Source of the DNA: Gammaproteobacteria bacterium | GTDB taxonomy: Bacteria > Pseudomonadota > Gammaproteobacteria > Eutrophobiales > Eutrophobiaceae | NCBI GenBank assembly: GCA_965116495.1 | Contig: OZ220696.1 | Span: forward strand, 2,304,001 to 2,368,000 | Reading direction: 5' to 3' | Length of the DNA: 64,000 bases | Shown: positions 26,340 to 36,326 of the stretch, in pieces | Position numbering within the stretch: position 1 is the stretch's first letter | Layout: each line of letters starts with the position of its first letter | Program-made: the position numbers and the translations under genes | The notes under the pieces: generated by a model | What the model saw: the letters and a program-made list of their open reading frames with translations, nothing else | Told to the model about the DNA's origin: nothing | The model's database searches: none

Positions 26340-28757
26340 TCAGGCATTGAAGAGTGCGTCGATGTCGGTAGCGGCGCGTGTTGCCGTTACTTTAATCGCG
26401 GCGCTCAGTGCATCGAAGTCGTCTGTTCCGCAGCTTCTGGCAATGACTGTCCTGGCCATCGGCCAGGTGGCATTATCCACGTTGTTATCTTCTCCCAGCA
26501 AGCGCAGGATGCCGCGCAGGTTGCGCCACATTCTTGCCGCCTCAGCCAACCGTTGCGCGCAATCGTCAGGTATCACCTCACCCTCGCCGGCGCTCTGGAA
26601 TACGGAAACCGTACCTGCGGCAATAACCTCCGGCGCCGTTGCAGCATGGGTCACAGTCAGATATGCGGCAGCGCGTTCTACCTCCCGGAGACCGCCGCGC
26701 ATATTCTCGAATGATTGCAGTCCGGCCTCCGGCGTGCCCTCCCCTGCCTGACGCAATTCATTCAGCAACGCATCACGAGCGGCGCCATTGGCCAGGATTT
26801 CAAGGCGCGTATCCTCAAACCGTTTTCCCAGCCCGGCATCCCCTGATGTAAAAACACAGCGCGACCGTAAGAGTTCCAGCAACTCTCCTGTTGAGGAGTT
26901 GCTGTAATGGTGTTCCGAAAAGTCAGCGAGAGAACGGACAATTGTCTCAGCCCTGCCCGGCAACATCGGCTGCAACAGCAGGTTGTCCCGTGACAGGGCG
27001 CGCAACGCGTCGAGAGAGCGCTCGCTCAATGTCCTGTAATAATCGGGTGAGCCACTGCCGTCATAAAGGAACATGATGCCAAGCCCGGCGCCCAGCGTCG
27101 CTTCTCCACTTGCAATCTCTCCCAGAACCACTGCCGCCACACCGCCTTCGAGCCGCCGCTGGGTAAAATCCTCCACCGCAGCCGAGAGAACACCGGCGAT
27201 CGAGGCCTCAGCAATGTTGGACAGCGCCGTCCCCGCTTCAACCGGTGACAGGTTGCCGCGCAATGTGTGCATGGCAACCTGCAGGACCTTGTCGTTCGAC
27301 CAGTTGCGCATGATCTCTACCGCATCTTTCGTGTCCTGCACCGGGATATCTGCAACCTGCTCCTTCATTTCTTCAGCAGTGAATTCCAACGTCCAGTACA
27401 CGCGCGTCAGACCGCGTCGAGCAATTAATTCAAACTCGGGACTCGGCCCGAATCCGTCCGGCAGGTCAAGATCGGTGAATTCCCTGTCCTGAAGGATGTC
27501 GAGCAACGCCGGGGTACGGTTTATCCATTCGGAAAGCCGTGGCGATGCTGCCATGATCGCGGAAATTGTATCGAACATATCCGGACGCGCGTCGAATGCA
27601 GGGCTGTCGTAAACGTTCCAGTCCTTGACCTCCGGATAATAACGCTGCCTCCACTTGTCGACCAACGGGTCCATCGTCTCGAACCAGCGGCGGGGGGACA
27701 TCGCCAGGCCGCCCATTTTGCCGTAGGGCCCGGGCAGTTGCGGCGATTGATCCTCACCCCAGTGCTGTAACAGCGGATAAGGCCGGCTTGCAGCGGCATG
27801 GTGGTCGGCATGGCGCTGCGCGTTGTAATAGATCCAGTTGAAAAACCTGTAGTCGCTGCTCCAGGAATGTTGCGGCTGGGGTCGCTCGAAGCGGCCGTTG
27901 GGAAGGCGGATACGCCGTAATCCGTAATGCTGGACATAGTTGATGATCTTCATTGACAGGACCGAACTGGCGCTGAACATCAGGAATGCCAGGATTCCCC
28001 AGATACCGCCGAACCAGTATCCGAGGGCATACCAGAACGTAACCATGAGGAAATAACGCCAGAACGGATTGGTGTAATGCCAGACCGGGAGGTGGCGGCG
28101 CGCCAGCCTGTCGCGCTCGAAACGCCAGGCTACGACGAGACTGTTCGCCACGTCCCGGGGGAAATATTCCCAAAAGCTCTGCCCCTTGCGCGCCGAGCCG
28201 AGATCTGCAGGCGTGGCGACCAGGGGGTGATGTATATAGACATGCTCCGTGGCGTAGTGCGGGTAGGTGACCGAAGCCAGCAGGAACTCGCCGAACCTGC
28301 GCTCCCATTCATAGCGCTTATGTACCAGCTCATGACCGATAATGAACACCATCTGGGACGCCATGCCGAGAGCAAATATCATCAGCACGGCCTCCCACAC
28401 GGCCAGGTGGCCGCCAATAAAAATCTGCCAGAGTACGAATACGAGGACCACCGGCCACAGTACGGCCCACATCCATACAGCCAGGTTGTATACGTACAAC
28501 TGGCTGTCACGGGTACCCCACGGATCCATGTTGCGTTCTTCCAGGCCTAAATGGAGATCGAGCCTGTTCTCAAGCCAGACAAACAGGAACGGCCCCATGA
28601 TCCACCAGCCCCCGTAAAGCGCTGCACAAATCACCAACGGGAAAATCAACAGGAGCAGGTAATGCGGGAGCGCATTCAGGACCGACGGCTGGACAAACTC
28701 CTGCCCGCCGACGGTTTCGGCGCTCGTGCCACCAGGGTCCGCGCTATACTCTGCCAT
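26340..28757 (-). CDS. AlkB-type membrane diiron monooxygenase/desaturase fused to a degenerate GlnE-like nucleotidyltransferase domain
   Basis: All AlkB His boxes present (GHELVH, EHVYIHH, NYVQHYG, QRHADHH). The C-terminal ~420 aa carry GlnE-like motifs (LSNIAEA, VVLGEIASGE...IMFLYD, RGGLREVE, LAEAARMWRNL..ILRL). Confidence 0.85.
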   Translation of the reverse strand: MAEYSADPGGTSAETVGGQEFVQPSVLNALPHYLLLLIFPLVICAALYGGWWIMGPFLFVWLENRLDLHLGLEERNMDPWGTRDSQLYVYNLAVWMWAVLWPVVLVFVLWQIFIGGHLAVWEAVLMIFALGMASQMVFIIGHELVHKRYEWERRFGEFLLASVTYPHYATEHVYIHHPLVATPADLGSARKGQSFWEYFPRDVANSLVVAWRFERDRLARRHLPVWHYTNPFWRYFLMVTFWYALGYWFGGIWGILAFLMFSASSVLSMKIINYVQHYGLRRIRLPNGRFERPQPQHSWSSDYRFFNWIYYNAQRHADHHAAASRPYPLLQHWGEDQSPQLPGPYGKMGGLAMSPRRWFETMDPLVDKWRQRYYPEVKDWNVYDSPAFDARPDMFDTISAIMAASPRLSEWINRTPALLDILQDREFTDLDLPDGFGPSPEFELIARRGLTRVYWTLEFTAEEMKEQVADIPVQDTKDAVEIMRNWSNDKVLQVAMHTLRGNLSPVEAGTALSNIAEASIAGVLSAAVEDFTQRRLEGGVAAVVLGEIASGEATLGAGLGIMFLYDGSGSPDYYRTLSERSLDALRALSRDNLLLQPMLPGRAETIVRSLADFSEHHYSNSSTGELLELLRSRCVFTSGDAGLGKRFEDTRLEILANGAARDALLNELRQAGEGTPEAGLQSFENMRGGLREVERAAAYLTVTHAATAPEVIAAGTVSVFQSAGEGEVIPDDCAQRLAEAARMWRNLRGILRLLGEDNNVDNATWPMARTVIARSCGTDDFDALSAAIKVTATRAATDIDALFNA

Positions 28758-28865
28758 GGCAACCTCCCGCTCTTATCAGCGTCCAAGTCTCATTCACGGT
28801 TTCATTGTCCATAACGTTGTAACTATGTCAAGCGAACTCACCAGGACAGGAAGTAATCGTCTCTT

Positions 28866-29040
28866 CGTCATTCCGGGCTTGTCCTGGAATCCTGTGGAAT
28901 ACTGCGTCGCCCACGGGGCGACCCGTTGTATTGACTGGATTCCCGCGTACGCGGGAATGACGAAAGAGACGCGGGAATGACGAAAGAGACGCGGGAATGA
29001 CGAAAGGGACGCGGAAGTGACAAATGGGGAGCGGGAATGT
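28866..29040. repeat. GTCATTCC/GGAATGAC palindromic element with 20-bp tandem expansion
   Basis: cgtcattccggg...ggattcccgcgtacgcgggaatgac; the unit gcgggaatgacgaaagagac occurs twice perfectly, once with one mismatch, then degenerates (28951-29040). Related unit at 41911-41938. Confidence 0.85.
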
Positions 29041-29048
29041 TGTGTGGT

Positions 29049-32000
29049 CTATCCCGCCGTTCTTGAACTGTAAGCCATAAACGTCCGGTACAAGAGTGGA
29101 ATAACGAACAGTGTCAGCAACGTGGAAAACACCAGTCCATACACAATCGCAGTTGCCACGGGCCCCCAGATCAGCGATTCGCCGGCGAAGCCGGTCGCCA
29201 GCGACAGCAGGCCCGCCACCGTAGTTCCAGAGGTGATGATGATAGGGACTACCCGCCTCCTGGCGGCATAGACCGTGGCATGCAGCAGGCTCATGCCGTT
29301 TTCCAGACGGAGGTTCGCCGCGGAGATCAGGACGATGGCGGCGTTGACTGAAATCCCCGTCAAGGCCACCACGCCGTACATGGTAAACAGGCTCAGGGGA
29401 TTTCCGGTCACCAGCAGGCCCAGGGTAACGCCGGTGAATGTCAGCGGCACGGTGGCAAGCACCATGAACGGCTGGAAGTAACTGCGGAACTGGGTGCCCA
29501 GGATGATATAGATGATACCCAGGCCAAGCAGCAGCAAGCGCCAGATGGCATCCAGGCTTTCATCGATATCTTCAAGTTCACCGGTCTGGTCCAGGGACAG
29601 CTCGGGATACCTGGCCTGCAGGCTGTGCCATTTTTCCGTGATGAGATTATTGGCCTGTACGGTATCGATTCGATCCTTGTCAATATCGCTTTCCAGCGTA
29701 ATGGCCCGGCGGAAGTTATAGTGCCGTATGTTTTGCCGGCCGATGCCCGGGCTGCTGATCAGCAGTTCACCCAGGGCGATGGAACGTCCGTCGGGCAGGG
29801 AGATTGTCTGGCGCATGAGGTTGTCGGTATTGATATGCCGGTCCTTTTTCGCCAGCACCCGGACTTTTACTTCCTCGCCTTCATCCTGGAAGTCCGTAAC
29901 CAGTTCACCGTCCACGTAAGCCTGCAATGCCCGCCCTATGACTGCAGGATTCAATCCTGTCCTTTGTATCGCCTCTCCGTCGAGACGCAGCACCAGTTCC
30001 GGGTTGCCGGGACGATAATCCAGGGTGATGTTTCTATACACCTGCTGCTCCTCAAGAAAATCACGCAAGTCATTAGCCGCTTGCAGCATGGTCGAATAAT
30101 CACTGCCCAGAATCTTGGCGCTGACAGCCTTGCGCGCCGGCGGGCCTCCCTTTATTTCCAGGATGGAGACTTCTATGGGTCCCGGTATGTTTCTCACACG
30201 CCGGAAGACCGCATCGGCGATCTCGGAGACATGGCGACCGTCGCTGGCTTGCGGGTTCAGACTGAACATGACCTGGCCCACGGTGTCGCCGAATAACGGC
30301 GCGGTTTCGGTAAACTGCTGCCCCGCAAAACTGACCGACGCGCGCAGTTCACCCGGAAGCAATTCCTTCAGGGCCTGCTCCTCTGCCGTTACCAGGGCGC
30401 GGCTGGTGTCTTCCAGGGATGTTCCCCGGGGCATCTCGAGATTTACGTAAAATATGCGTTCGGCATCGGATTCGAAGAAATTGAAACGAATCAGGCCGCT
30501 GGCTACCGTACCTGCCGCCAGGGACAGGGTCAATACTATGCAAACCAGGGTTATAACCGGGTGGCGCAGGGAATATACCAGCGCCTGGGTATAGCGCAGA
30601 CGCAACCAGTAACTGACCGCTTCCCGCTTCCTGCTTATGGATCCGGGTTTCCTGAAATTGACTTTCAACGCCAGCACGTGGGCCGGCAGAATCCAGTAGG
30701 CCTCAAACAGGCTGACGAGCAGGGCAATGGTCACCACCAACGGGATGACCTTCATGAACTCTCCCAGTACGCCCGGCAGCATTACCAGCGGCAGGAAGGC
30801 GGCGATGGTGGTCATTACCGAGGTGGTAACGGGAGCGAATACTTCCCTGAAAGAATCGATAATGGCAGCCATGGCCTCGGCGCCCCGCTGCAGGCGATAG
30901 TAAACGGCCTCGACGACGACCACGGCGTCATCCACGATCATACCCAGGACGATTACGACGGCAAGCAGCACGGTATTGTTCAGGGTAAAACCAGTGGCGT
31001 TAAGTACCAGAAAAGTGCCGGAAAGCGTGAACGGAATTCCGATGGTGGTCAGAAAGGATATCCGCGTTCCCAGGAACAACCAGGTGACCAGCAGGACCAG
31101 GAACAGGCCGATAAGGGCGTTGGTCTGCATTATGGTAAGGGCTTCGCGGGTACTGACGGTCTGGTCGTCCGCCAGGATGAGTTCTACGCCGGTTGTGTCC
31201 TTGAAACGGTTACGGTTGTCGAGGTATTCATTCAGTGTATCCACCAGTTCCAATACGTTGGCATCCGGGTTCTTGGTGACCGTCAGGAGCATGGCGGGTT
31301 TGCCCTGGTACGTTACCATCTCTGCCGCCTCTTCCCGGGTGCGGGTCAATTCCGCGATGGTCCCCAGGGGCACCACGCCGGCAGCGGTGATGATGGGGAA
31401 ATCCCTCAGGGTTGAAGGGTCGGGGCTGGTTCCCTGCAGGCGCACGACCCACTTACCGTCGGCAGTCTCAAGGTCGCCGGCGGATATGTCCCGGAAATAG
31501 CTGCGGATCGTCTCGGAGATATCCGCAGGGGTCAGGCCCAGTCCCTCGAGGCGGTCGGGAAAAAAAGCAATCTGCAATTCCGGGTCGGTGGTGCCGACGT
31601 CAGCCACCCGGTCTACGCCCTGGATACGTTCCAGGTCTTTTTTTACGAAACGGGCCTGGCGCCTGAGATTTTCATCATCCCCCGCGCTGGTCACCACCAC
31701 CATCGCGCTGGGGAACGCGTTGGAGGTACTGATCTCGAAGACCACCGGGTCTTCGGCATCTTCCGGCAGCTCATCGGTATAGGTATTCTGCACTTCGCGC
31801 CGCAGGTCGATCATCCGCTTGTCAAATCTCTCCTGGTCGATCTGGTTGAAGCGCACCAGGATCATGGAAACATTATCCCGGCTGGTGCTGTTGACGAACT
31901 TGATATCCCTGACACTGCGCCGCAGGGCGTCTTCGAGGGGTTCGGTCACGCGTTTTTCCACGTCGACAGCGGCGGCGCCCGGGAAAACGGTGAAGACGTT

Positions 32001-32135
32001 GACCCAGTTGAAGTTCAGTTCCGGATCCTTGGCCCTGGGCATGTCCAGGTAAGCAAACACCCCAAGGAAGATAACCAGGCCGAACGTCAGGTTCGCCAGT
32101 ACGTGGTTGGATAAGAACCGCCTGATGAAATCCAT
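29049..32135 (-). CDS. RND efflux permease (copy 2)
   Basis: 1028 aa, NHVLANL start, GMIVDDAVVVVE proton-relay motif, RRVVPIIITS, 12-TM layout. Confidence 0.93.
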   Translation of the reverse strand: MDFIRRFLSNHVLANLTFGLVIFLGVFAYLDMPRAKDPELNFNWVNVFTVFPGAAAVDVEKRVTEPLEDALRRSVRDIKFVNSTSRDNVSMILVRFNQIDQERFDKRMIDLRREVQNTYTDELPEDAEDPVVFEISTSNAFPSAMVVVTSAGDDENLRRQARFVKKDLERIQGVDRVADVGTTDPELQIAFFPDRLEGLGLTPADISETIRSYFRDISAGDLETADGKWVVRLQGTSPDPSTLRDFPIITAAGVVPLGTIAELTRTREEAAEMVTYQGKPAMLLTVTKNPDANVLELVDTLNEYLDNRNRFKDTTGVELILADDQTVSTREALTIMQTNALIGLFLVLLVTWLFLGTRISFLTTIGIPFTLSGTFLVLNATGFTLNNTVLLAVVIVLGMIVDDAVVVVEAVYYRLQRGAEAMAAIIDSFREVFAPVTTSVMTTIAAFLPLVMLPGVLGEFMKVIPLVVTIALLVSLFEAYWILPAHVLALKVNFRKPGSISRKREAVSYWLRLRYTQALVYSLRHPVITLVCIVLTLSLAAGTVASGLIRFNFFESDAERIFYVNLEMPRGTSLEDTSRALVTAEEQALKELLPGELRASVSFAGQQFTETAPLFGDTVGQVMFSLNPQASDGRHVSEIADAVFRRVRNIPGPIEVSILEIKGGPPARKAVSAKILGSDYSTMLQAANDLRDFLEEQQVYRNITLDYRPGNPELVLRLDGEAIQRTGLNPAVIGRALQAYVDGELVTDFQDEGEEVKVRVLAKKDRHINTDNLMRQTISLPDGRSIALGELLISSPGIGRQNIRHYNFRRAITLESDIDKDRIDTVQANNLITEKWHSLQARYPELSLDQTGELEDIDESLDAIWRLLLLGLGIIYIILGTQFRSYFQPFMVLATVPLTFTGVTLGLLVTGNPLSLFTMYGVVALTGISVNAAIVLISAANLRLENGMSLLHATVYAARRRVVPIIITSGTTVAGLLSLATGFAGESLIWGPVATAIVYGLVFSTLLTLFVIPLLYRTFMAYSSRTAG

Positions 32136-32165
32136 GATTTTAGTTACCGGGAACCAACTACGCGG

Positions 32166-33191
32166 TCAGCGCGGGTTATACAGGATGACCGGTTGCCCGT
32201 CCTCCAGCCTGTAATGGCCCTCTGTAATTACAACCGTGTCCGGCGGCAGATCAACCGGTGTGGTCCGGCCCTGCTGGGCGCCGGGTATGACATGAAACCT
32301 GGCTTTACCCGTGTTATTGATGAAGATGCCGAAATCATCGCCGCGCCGGACCAGCAGCTTGGCGGAGACGTGCGGCTGGCTATCCCGCCAGATGAGCTTG
32401 CCGGCGGCGCCCGGCAGCGCCTGTTCGTTGCCGAACAGCAGCCTGACTTCCCGGTTGCGGGTCTGTGTATTGACTGCCGGCGTCACCGTGCGCAAATTAA
32501 CCGGATAGCGCCTGGCCGTATCTTCGAAATAGATCTCGTCGGCCTGTTCGACCGCCTCGATGTCCAGGGTCGGGACCTGCGCCGAGATTTCCAGTTGTTC
32601 GATATCCATGATTTCCAGCAGCCTCGTTCCCATGTCGGCGAATTCCCCTTCGGCGGCCAACCGGGCGGTAACCACGGCCCGGTACGGACTCCTTACGGTG
32701 CAACGGGAAATGTTGGTTTGCGCAGTCTCCAGTTGCGCCAGGGCGCCCCGAAGTTGTGCCTGCAGGACCGCCAGGTCGGCTTCGCGCTGGTCCAGCAATT
32801 CTGCGGACGCGGTCTGCTTCCGTTCCAGTTCCCTGGTTCTTTCAAGGCGCCGTTCGGCCAACCGGATACGGGCCTCCAGTGCGCCGATATCCGCTTCGGC
32901 CTGCTGTCGGCCGATGCGGTAATCCGTGCAATCCAGCCTCACCAGCACACTGCCGGCGTCGACAACCTCGCCGACCTTCACGGAGATCCCGTCGACACGC
33001 GCCTTGATCTGGGCAGCGACGGACGTGTCATTCAGACTGACAACGGAAGCAGGCGCAGAATTCCAGAGGTAGATCGCCACGTCCTTGATACGTGCGGTTT
33101 TCACCGCGACAGCATTTTGACCGCTCGATACGAGCGGCAAAACGAGAAACAGCAGTACCAGGAATGCGTGGGTGAAAAATTTGTTAGTCAT
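32166..33191 (-). CDS. RND periplasmic adaptor (MFP) (copy 2)
   Basis: Signal peptide, VKVGEVV.AG.VLVRLD, coiled coil, VRSPY, PAVN.QTR. Confidence 0.9.
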   Translation of the reverse strand: MTNKFFTHAFLVLLFLVLPLVSSGQNAVAVKTARIKDVAIYLWNSAPASVVSLNDTSVAAQIKARVDGISVKVGEVVDAGSVLVRLDCTDYRIGRQQAEADIGALEARIRLAERRLERTRELERKQTASAELLDQREADLAVLQAQLRGALAQLETAQTNISRCTVRSPYRAVVTARLAAEGEFADMGTRLLEIMDIEQLEISAQVPTLDIEAVEQADEIYFEDTARRYPVNLRTVTPAVNTQTRNREVRLLFGNEQALPGAAGKLIWRDSQPHVSAKLLVRRGDDFGIFINNTGKARFHVIPGAQQGRTTPVDLPPDTVVITEGHYRLEDGQPVILYNPR

Positions 33192-33233
33192 AACTTCAAC
33201 CGTTTATTTTATCCGCTGTCTTCCGCATCGGGA

Positions 33234-36200
33234 TCAGTTTTTTCCCGCCCTTGCACTGTATGCCATGAAAGTACGGTACAGCAGGGGGATAACCAGTAAT
33301 GTCAGGATTGTTGAAATCGCCAGTCCCCACACGATCGCAGTAGCCACGGGACCCCATACCAGTGATTTCCCGGCCAGCCCTGCGGCCAGTGAAAACAATC
33401 CCGCAATAGTTGTCAACGAGGTGATAAAAACAGGCACAACCCGTCTCCGGGCGGCATATACCGTTGCATGCAACAGGCTCATACCCTGTTCCAGGCGGGT
33501 GTTGGCTGCCGAGATCAGAACGATGGCGGCATTCACCGCAATGCCCGACAACGCCACTACGCCGTACAGGGTAAACAGGCTCAAGGGATTCCCGGTTACC
33601 AGCAGTCCCAGCGTGACGCCGGTAAATGCCAACGGCACCGTGGTAATTACCAGAAACGGTTGAAAATAGCTGCGGAATTGCGTGCCTAAAATAACATAAA
33701 TGGCGCCCAGGCCAAGCAGCAGCAACAGCCCGATGGCATCCAGGCTTTCAGTGATATCATCCAGTTCGCCGGAAAAATCGATGGAGACATCCGGATATCC
33801 GGCCTGTATTTCGCGCCATTTATCCCTGATCAGGCTGTTTGCCTGCAAGGTATTGATTTTCTCCGTATCGATATCGCTTTCCAGGGTAACCGCCCGGCGG
33901 AAATTGTAGTGGAGAATGCTTTGCGCGCCTCTCCCCGGCGTACTCACCACCAGTTCTTCCAGCGCAATGGACCGGCCGTCCGGCAACGAGATGGTCTGCC
34001 GCATCAGGTTATCTATGTTAGTGTCACTGTCTTTTTTCGACACCACCCTGACCTTGATTTCCTCCCCCGCATCCTGAAACACGGCCACGATTTCACCATC
34101 CACGTAAGTCTGTACGGTGCGCGCTACGGTTGCAGGATTGAGACCGGCCCGCTGTACGGCTTCACCGTCAAGGCGTAAAGCCAGTTCGGGGTTTCCCGGA
34201 CGGTAATCCAGGGTGATGTTGTTATACACCTGCTGCCGTTCGAGGAAGTCACGCAGTTCATCGGCAGCCTGCAGCATGGCCGGGTATTCACTGCCCAGCA
34301 CCTTGACGCTGACGGCTTTGCTCGCGGGCAGGCCGCCCGTCATTTCCAGGAGTGAAACATTGATCGGACCAGGTATGTTTTCCATGCGCTGCAAGACAGC
34401 ATCGGCAATAACGGAGACTGCGCGGCCACCATGGGCGCGTGGATGTAAACTGAACATTATCTGACCGAGGGTATCGCCGTAAAAAGGCTGCGTCTCGGTC
34501 AACTGTATGCCGGCAAAACTGACGGAGGATCGTAGTTCGCCCGGGAGAAACTCCTTTAATACCTCCGCCTCGGTCTCTACCAGGAAGCGGCTGGTATCTT
34601 CTACTGACGCGCCCTGGGGAAGTTCTATATTCAGGTTGAACATCCGCACAGGATCAAACTGGAGAAAGTTGTAGTGAATCCGGCCGCTGGCCAGGGCGCC
34701 CAGCGCCAGCGCTATAAGCAGAACAACCAATAACAGGGTAACAACAGGATAGCGCAGGGATTTAACCAGGACCCGCGTGTAATAAAGCCGGAGCCGATGG
34801 TTCGCTGCCGCCCTTTTTCTCTGCATGGCGCCGGCGTTGGCAAAATCCAGTTTCATCCCCAGCACGTGAGACGGCAATATCCAGTATGCCTCAACCAGGC
34901 TGATAAGTAAGGCTACCGTTACCACTATCGGCACGATGCGCATAAAATCCCCGACAACACCAGGCAGCAGCGCAAGCGGAAGAAACACGGCGATAGTCGT
35001 CATCACCGAGGTGGTAACGGGCGCGAACACTTCCCTGAAGGATTCAATGACGGAAGTCATGGCGTCCAGTCCCCGTTGCAGGCGGTAATACACGGCTTCA
35101 ACCACTACTACCGCGTCATCGACAATCATTCCCAGGACAACCACTACTCCGAGGAGCACGGAATTATTCAGCGTAAAATTACTGGCGTTGAGGATGAGAA
35201 ACGTGCCGGCAAGAGTAAACAGGATGCCGATACTGGTCATCAATGCGATGCGGGTGCCCAGGAATACCCAGGTGACCAGCATGACCAGAACAAGGCCGGC
35301 CAGCGCATTGGTCTGCATGAGCGCCAGTGCCTGCCGGGTACTCACGGTCTGGTCGTCCGCCAGGAACAACTCCACGCCGGTTGCAGCCTTCAGGCGGTTA
35401 CGCTCTTCCAGGTAATCATTCAGCCTGTCAATCAGTTCCAGTATGTTCGTGTCGGCGTGCTTGGCTATATTCAGGGTCACCGCAGGATTACCGCGAAAGG
35501 TGACGAGCGACGACCGCTCCTCCCTGGTCCTGATCAACTCGGCGATCTCTCCGAGCGGCACAACCCCCGCTGCCGTGACGACAGGGAAGTCCTGCATGAT
35601 TGCCGGATCCGGGCTGGTGCCCGTCAAACGTACGATCCATGTGCCGTCGGAGGTTTCCAGATCGCCCGCGGTCGTATCGCGAAAATAGGCGCGGATAGTC
35701 TCTGAAATATCCACAGGCGTAATGCCAAGCCCTTCCAGGCGTTCGGGAATAAACCTGATATGCAGTTCCGGGTCAGCCAGCCCTGTCGCAGCGACACCAT
35801 CTACACCACTGAGCCGCTCCAGGTCTTTTTTTACGCTGTTTGCCTGCCGTCTCAGGTTTTCATCATCGCCGGGGCTGGTTACCACCACTATGGCGCTTGG
35901 AAATGAGTTGGAAGTGCTCAGTTCCTGGACAACCGGTTCTTCGGCCTCTTCGGGAAACTCATCGACATAGGTGTTCTGCACTTCCCGTCTCAGGTCAACC
36001 AGGCGTTGGTTGAACGTGGCGTCATCAACCTGTTTGAACCAGACCAGGATATTGGAGATATTATCCCGGCTGGTGCTGAGCACATACTTTATATCCCTGA
36101 CAGTGCTGCGCAACGCGTCTTCAACGGGGTCGGTAATGCGTTTTTCAATATCTGTCGCAGAGGCGCCGGGATAAATACTGATGATGTTGACCCAGTTGAA

Positions 36201-36326
36201 GTTAATCTCCGGGTCCTTGGCCCTGGGCATCTGCAGGTAGGAGAGCGCCCCCAGGACGAGTACCAGACCGAATGCCAAGTTCGCCAGTACGTGATTGGAT
36301 AAAAACCGCCTGAGGAAATTCATCAA
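33234..36326 (-). CDS. RND efflux permease (copy 1)
   Basis: 1030 aa paralogue of 29049-32135 with the same motifs. Confidence 0.93.
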   Translation of the reverse strand: MMNFLRRFLSNHVLANLAFGLVLVLGALSYLQMPRAKDPEINFNWVNIISIYPGASATDIEKRITDPVEDALRSTVRDIKYVLSTSRDNISNILVWFKQVDDATFNQRLVDLRREVQNTYVDEFPEEAEEPVVQELSTSNSFPSAIVVVTSPGDDENLRRQANSVKKDLERLSGVDGVAATGLADPELHIRFIPERLEGLGITPVDISETIRAYFRDTTAGDLETSDGTWIVRLTGTSPDPAIMQDFPVVTAAGVVPLGEIAELIRTREERSSLVTFRGNPAVTLNIAKHADTNILELIDRLNDYLEERNRLKAATGVELFLADDQTVSTRQALALMQTNALAGLVLVMLVTWVFLGTRIALMTSIGILFTLAGTFLILNASNFTLNNSVLLGVVVVLGMIVDDAVVVVEAVYYRLQRGLDAMTSVIESFREVFAPVTTSVMTTIAVFLPLALLPGVVGDFMRIVPIVVTVALLISLVEAYWILPSHVLGMKLDFANAGAMQRKRAAANHRLRLYYTRVLVKSLRYPVVTLLLVVLLIALALGALASGRIHYNFLQFDPVRMFNLNIELPQGASVEDTSRFLVETEAEVLKEFLPGELRSSVSFAGIQLTETQPFYGDTLGQIMFSLHPRAHGGRAVSVIADAVLQRMENIPGPINVSLLEMTGGLPASKAVSVKVLGSEYPAMLQAADELRDFLERQQVYNNITLDYRPGNPELALRLDGEAVQRAGLNPATVARTVQTYVDGEIVAVFQDAGEEIKVRVVSKKDSDTNIDNLMRQTISLPDGRSIALEELVVSTPGRGAQSILHYNFRRAVTLESDIDTEKINTLQANSLIRDKWREIQAGYPDVSIDFSGELDDITESLDAIGLLLLLGLGAIYVILGTQFRSYFQPFLVITTVPLAFTGVTLGLLVTGNPLSLFTLYGVVALSGIAVNAAIVLISAANTRLEQGMSLLHATVYAARRRVVPVFITSLTTIAGLFSLAAGLAGKSLVWGPVATAIVWGLAISTILTLLVIPLLYRTFMAYSARAGKN

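Noticed and set aside
28951-29040. Possible CRISPR array
   Set aside because: The period is 20 bp with no unique spacers, and no cas genes are in the window.
32193-33299. 368-aa plus-strand ORF (also 37624-38760, 17091-17990, 38996-39883, 30561-31415)
   Set aside because: Antisense shadows of well-supported genes in GC-rich DNA; no motifs.
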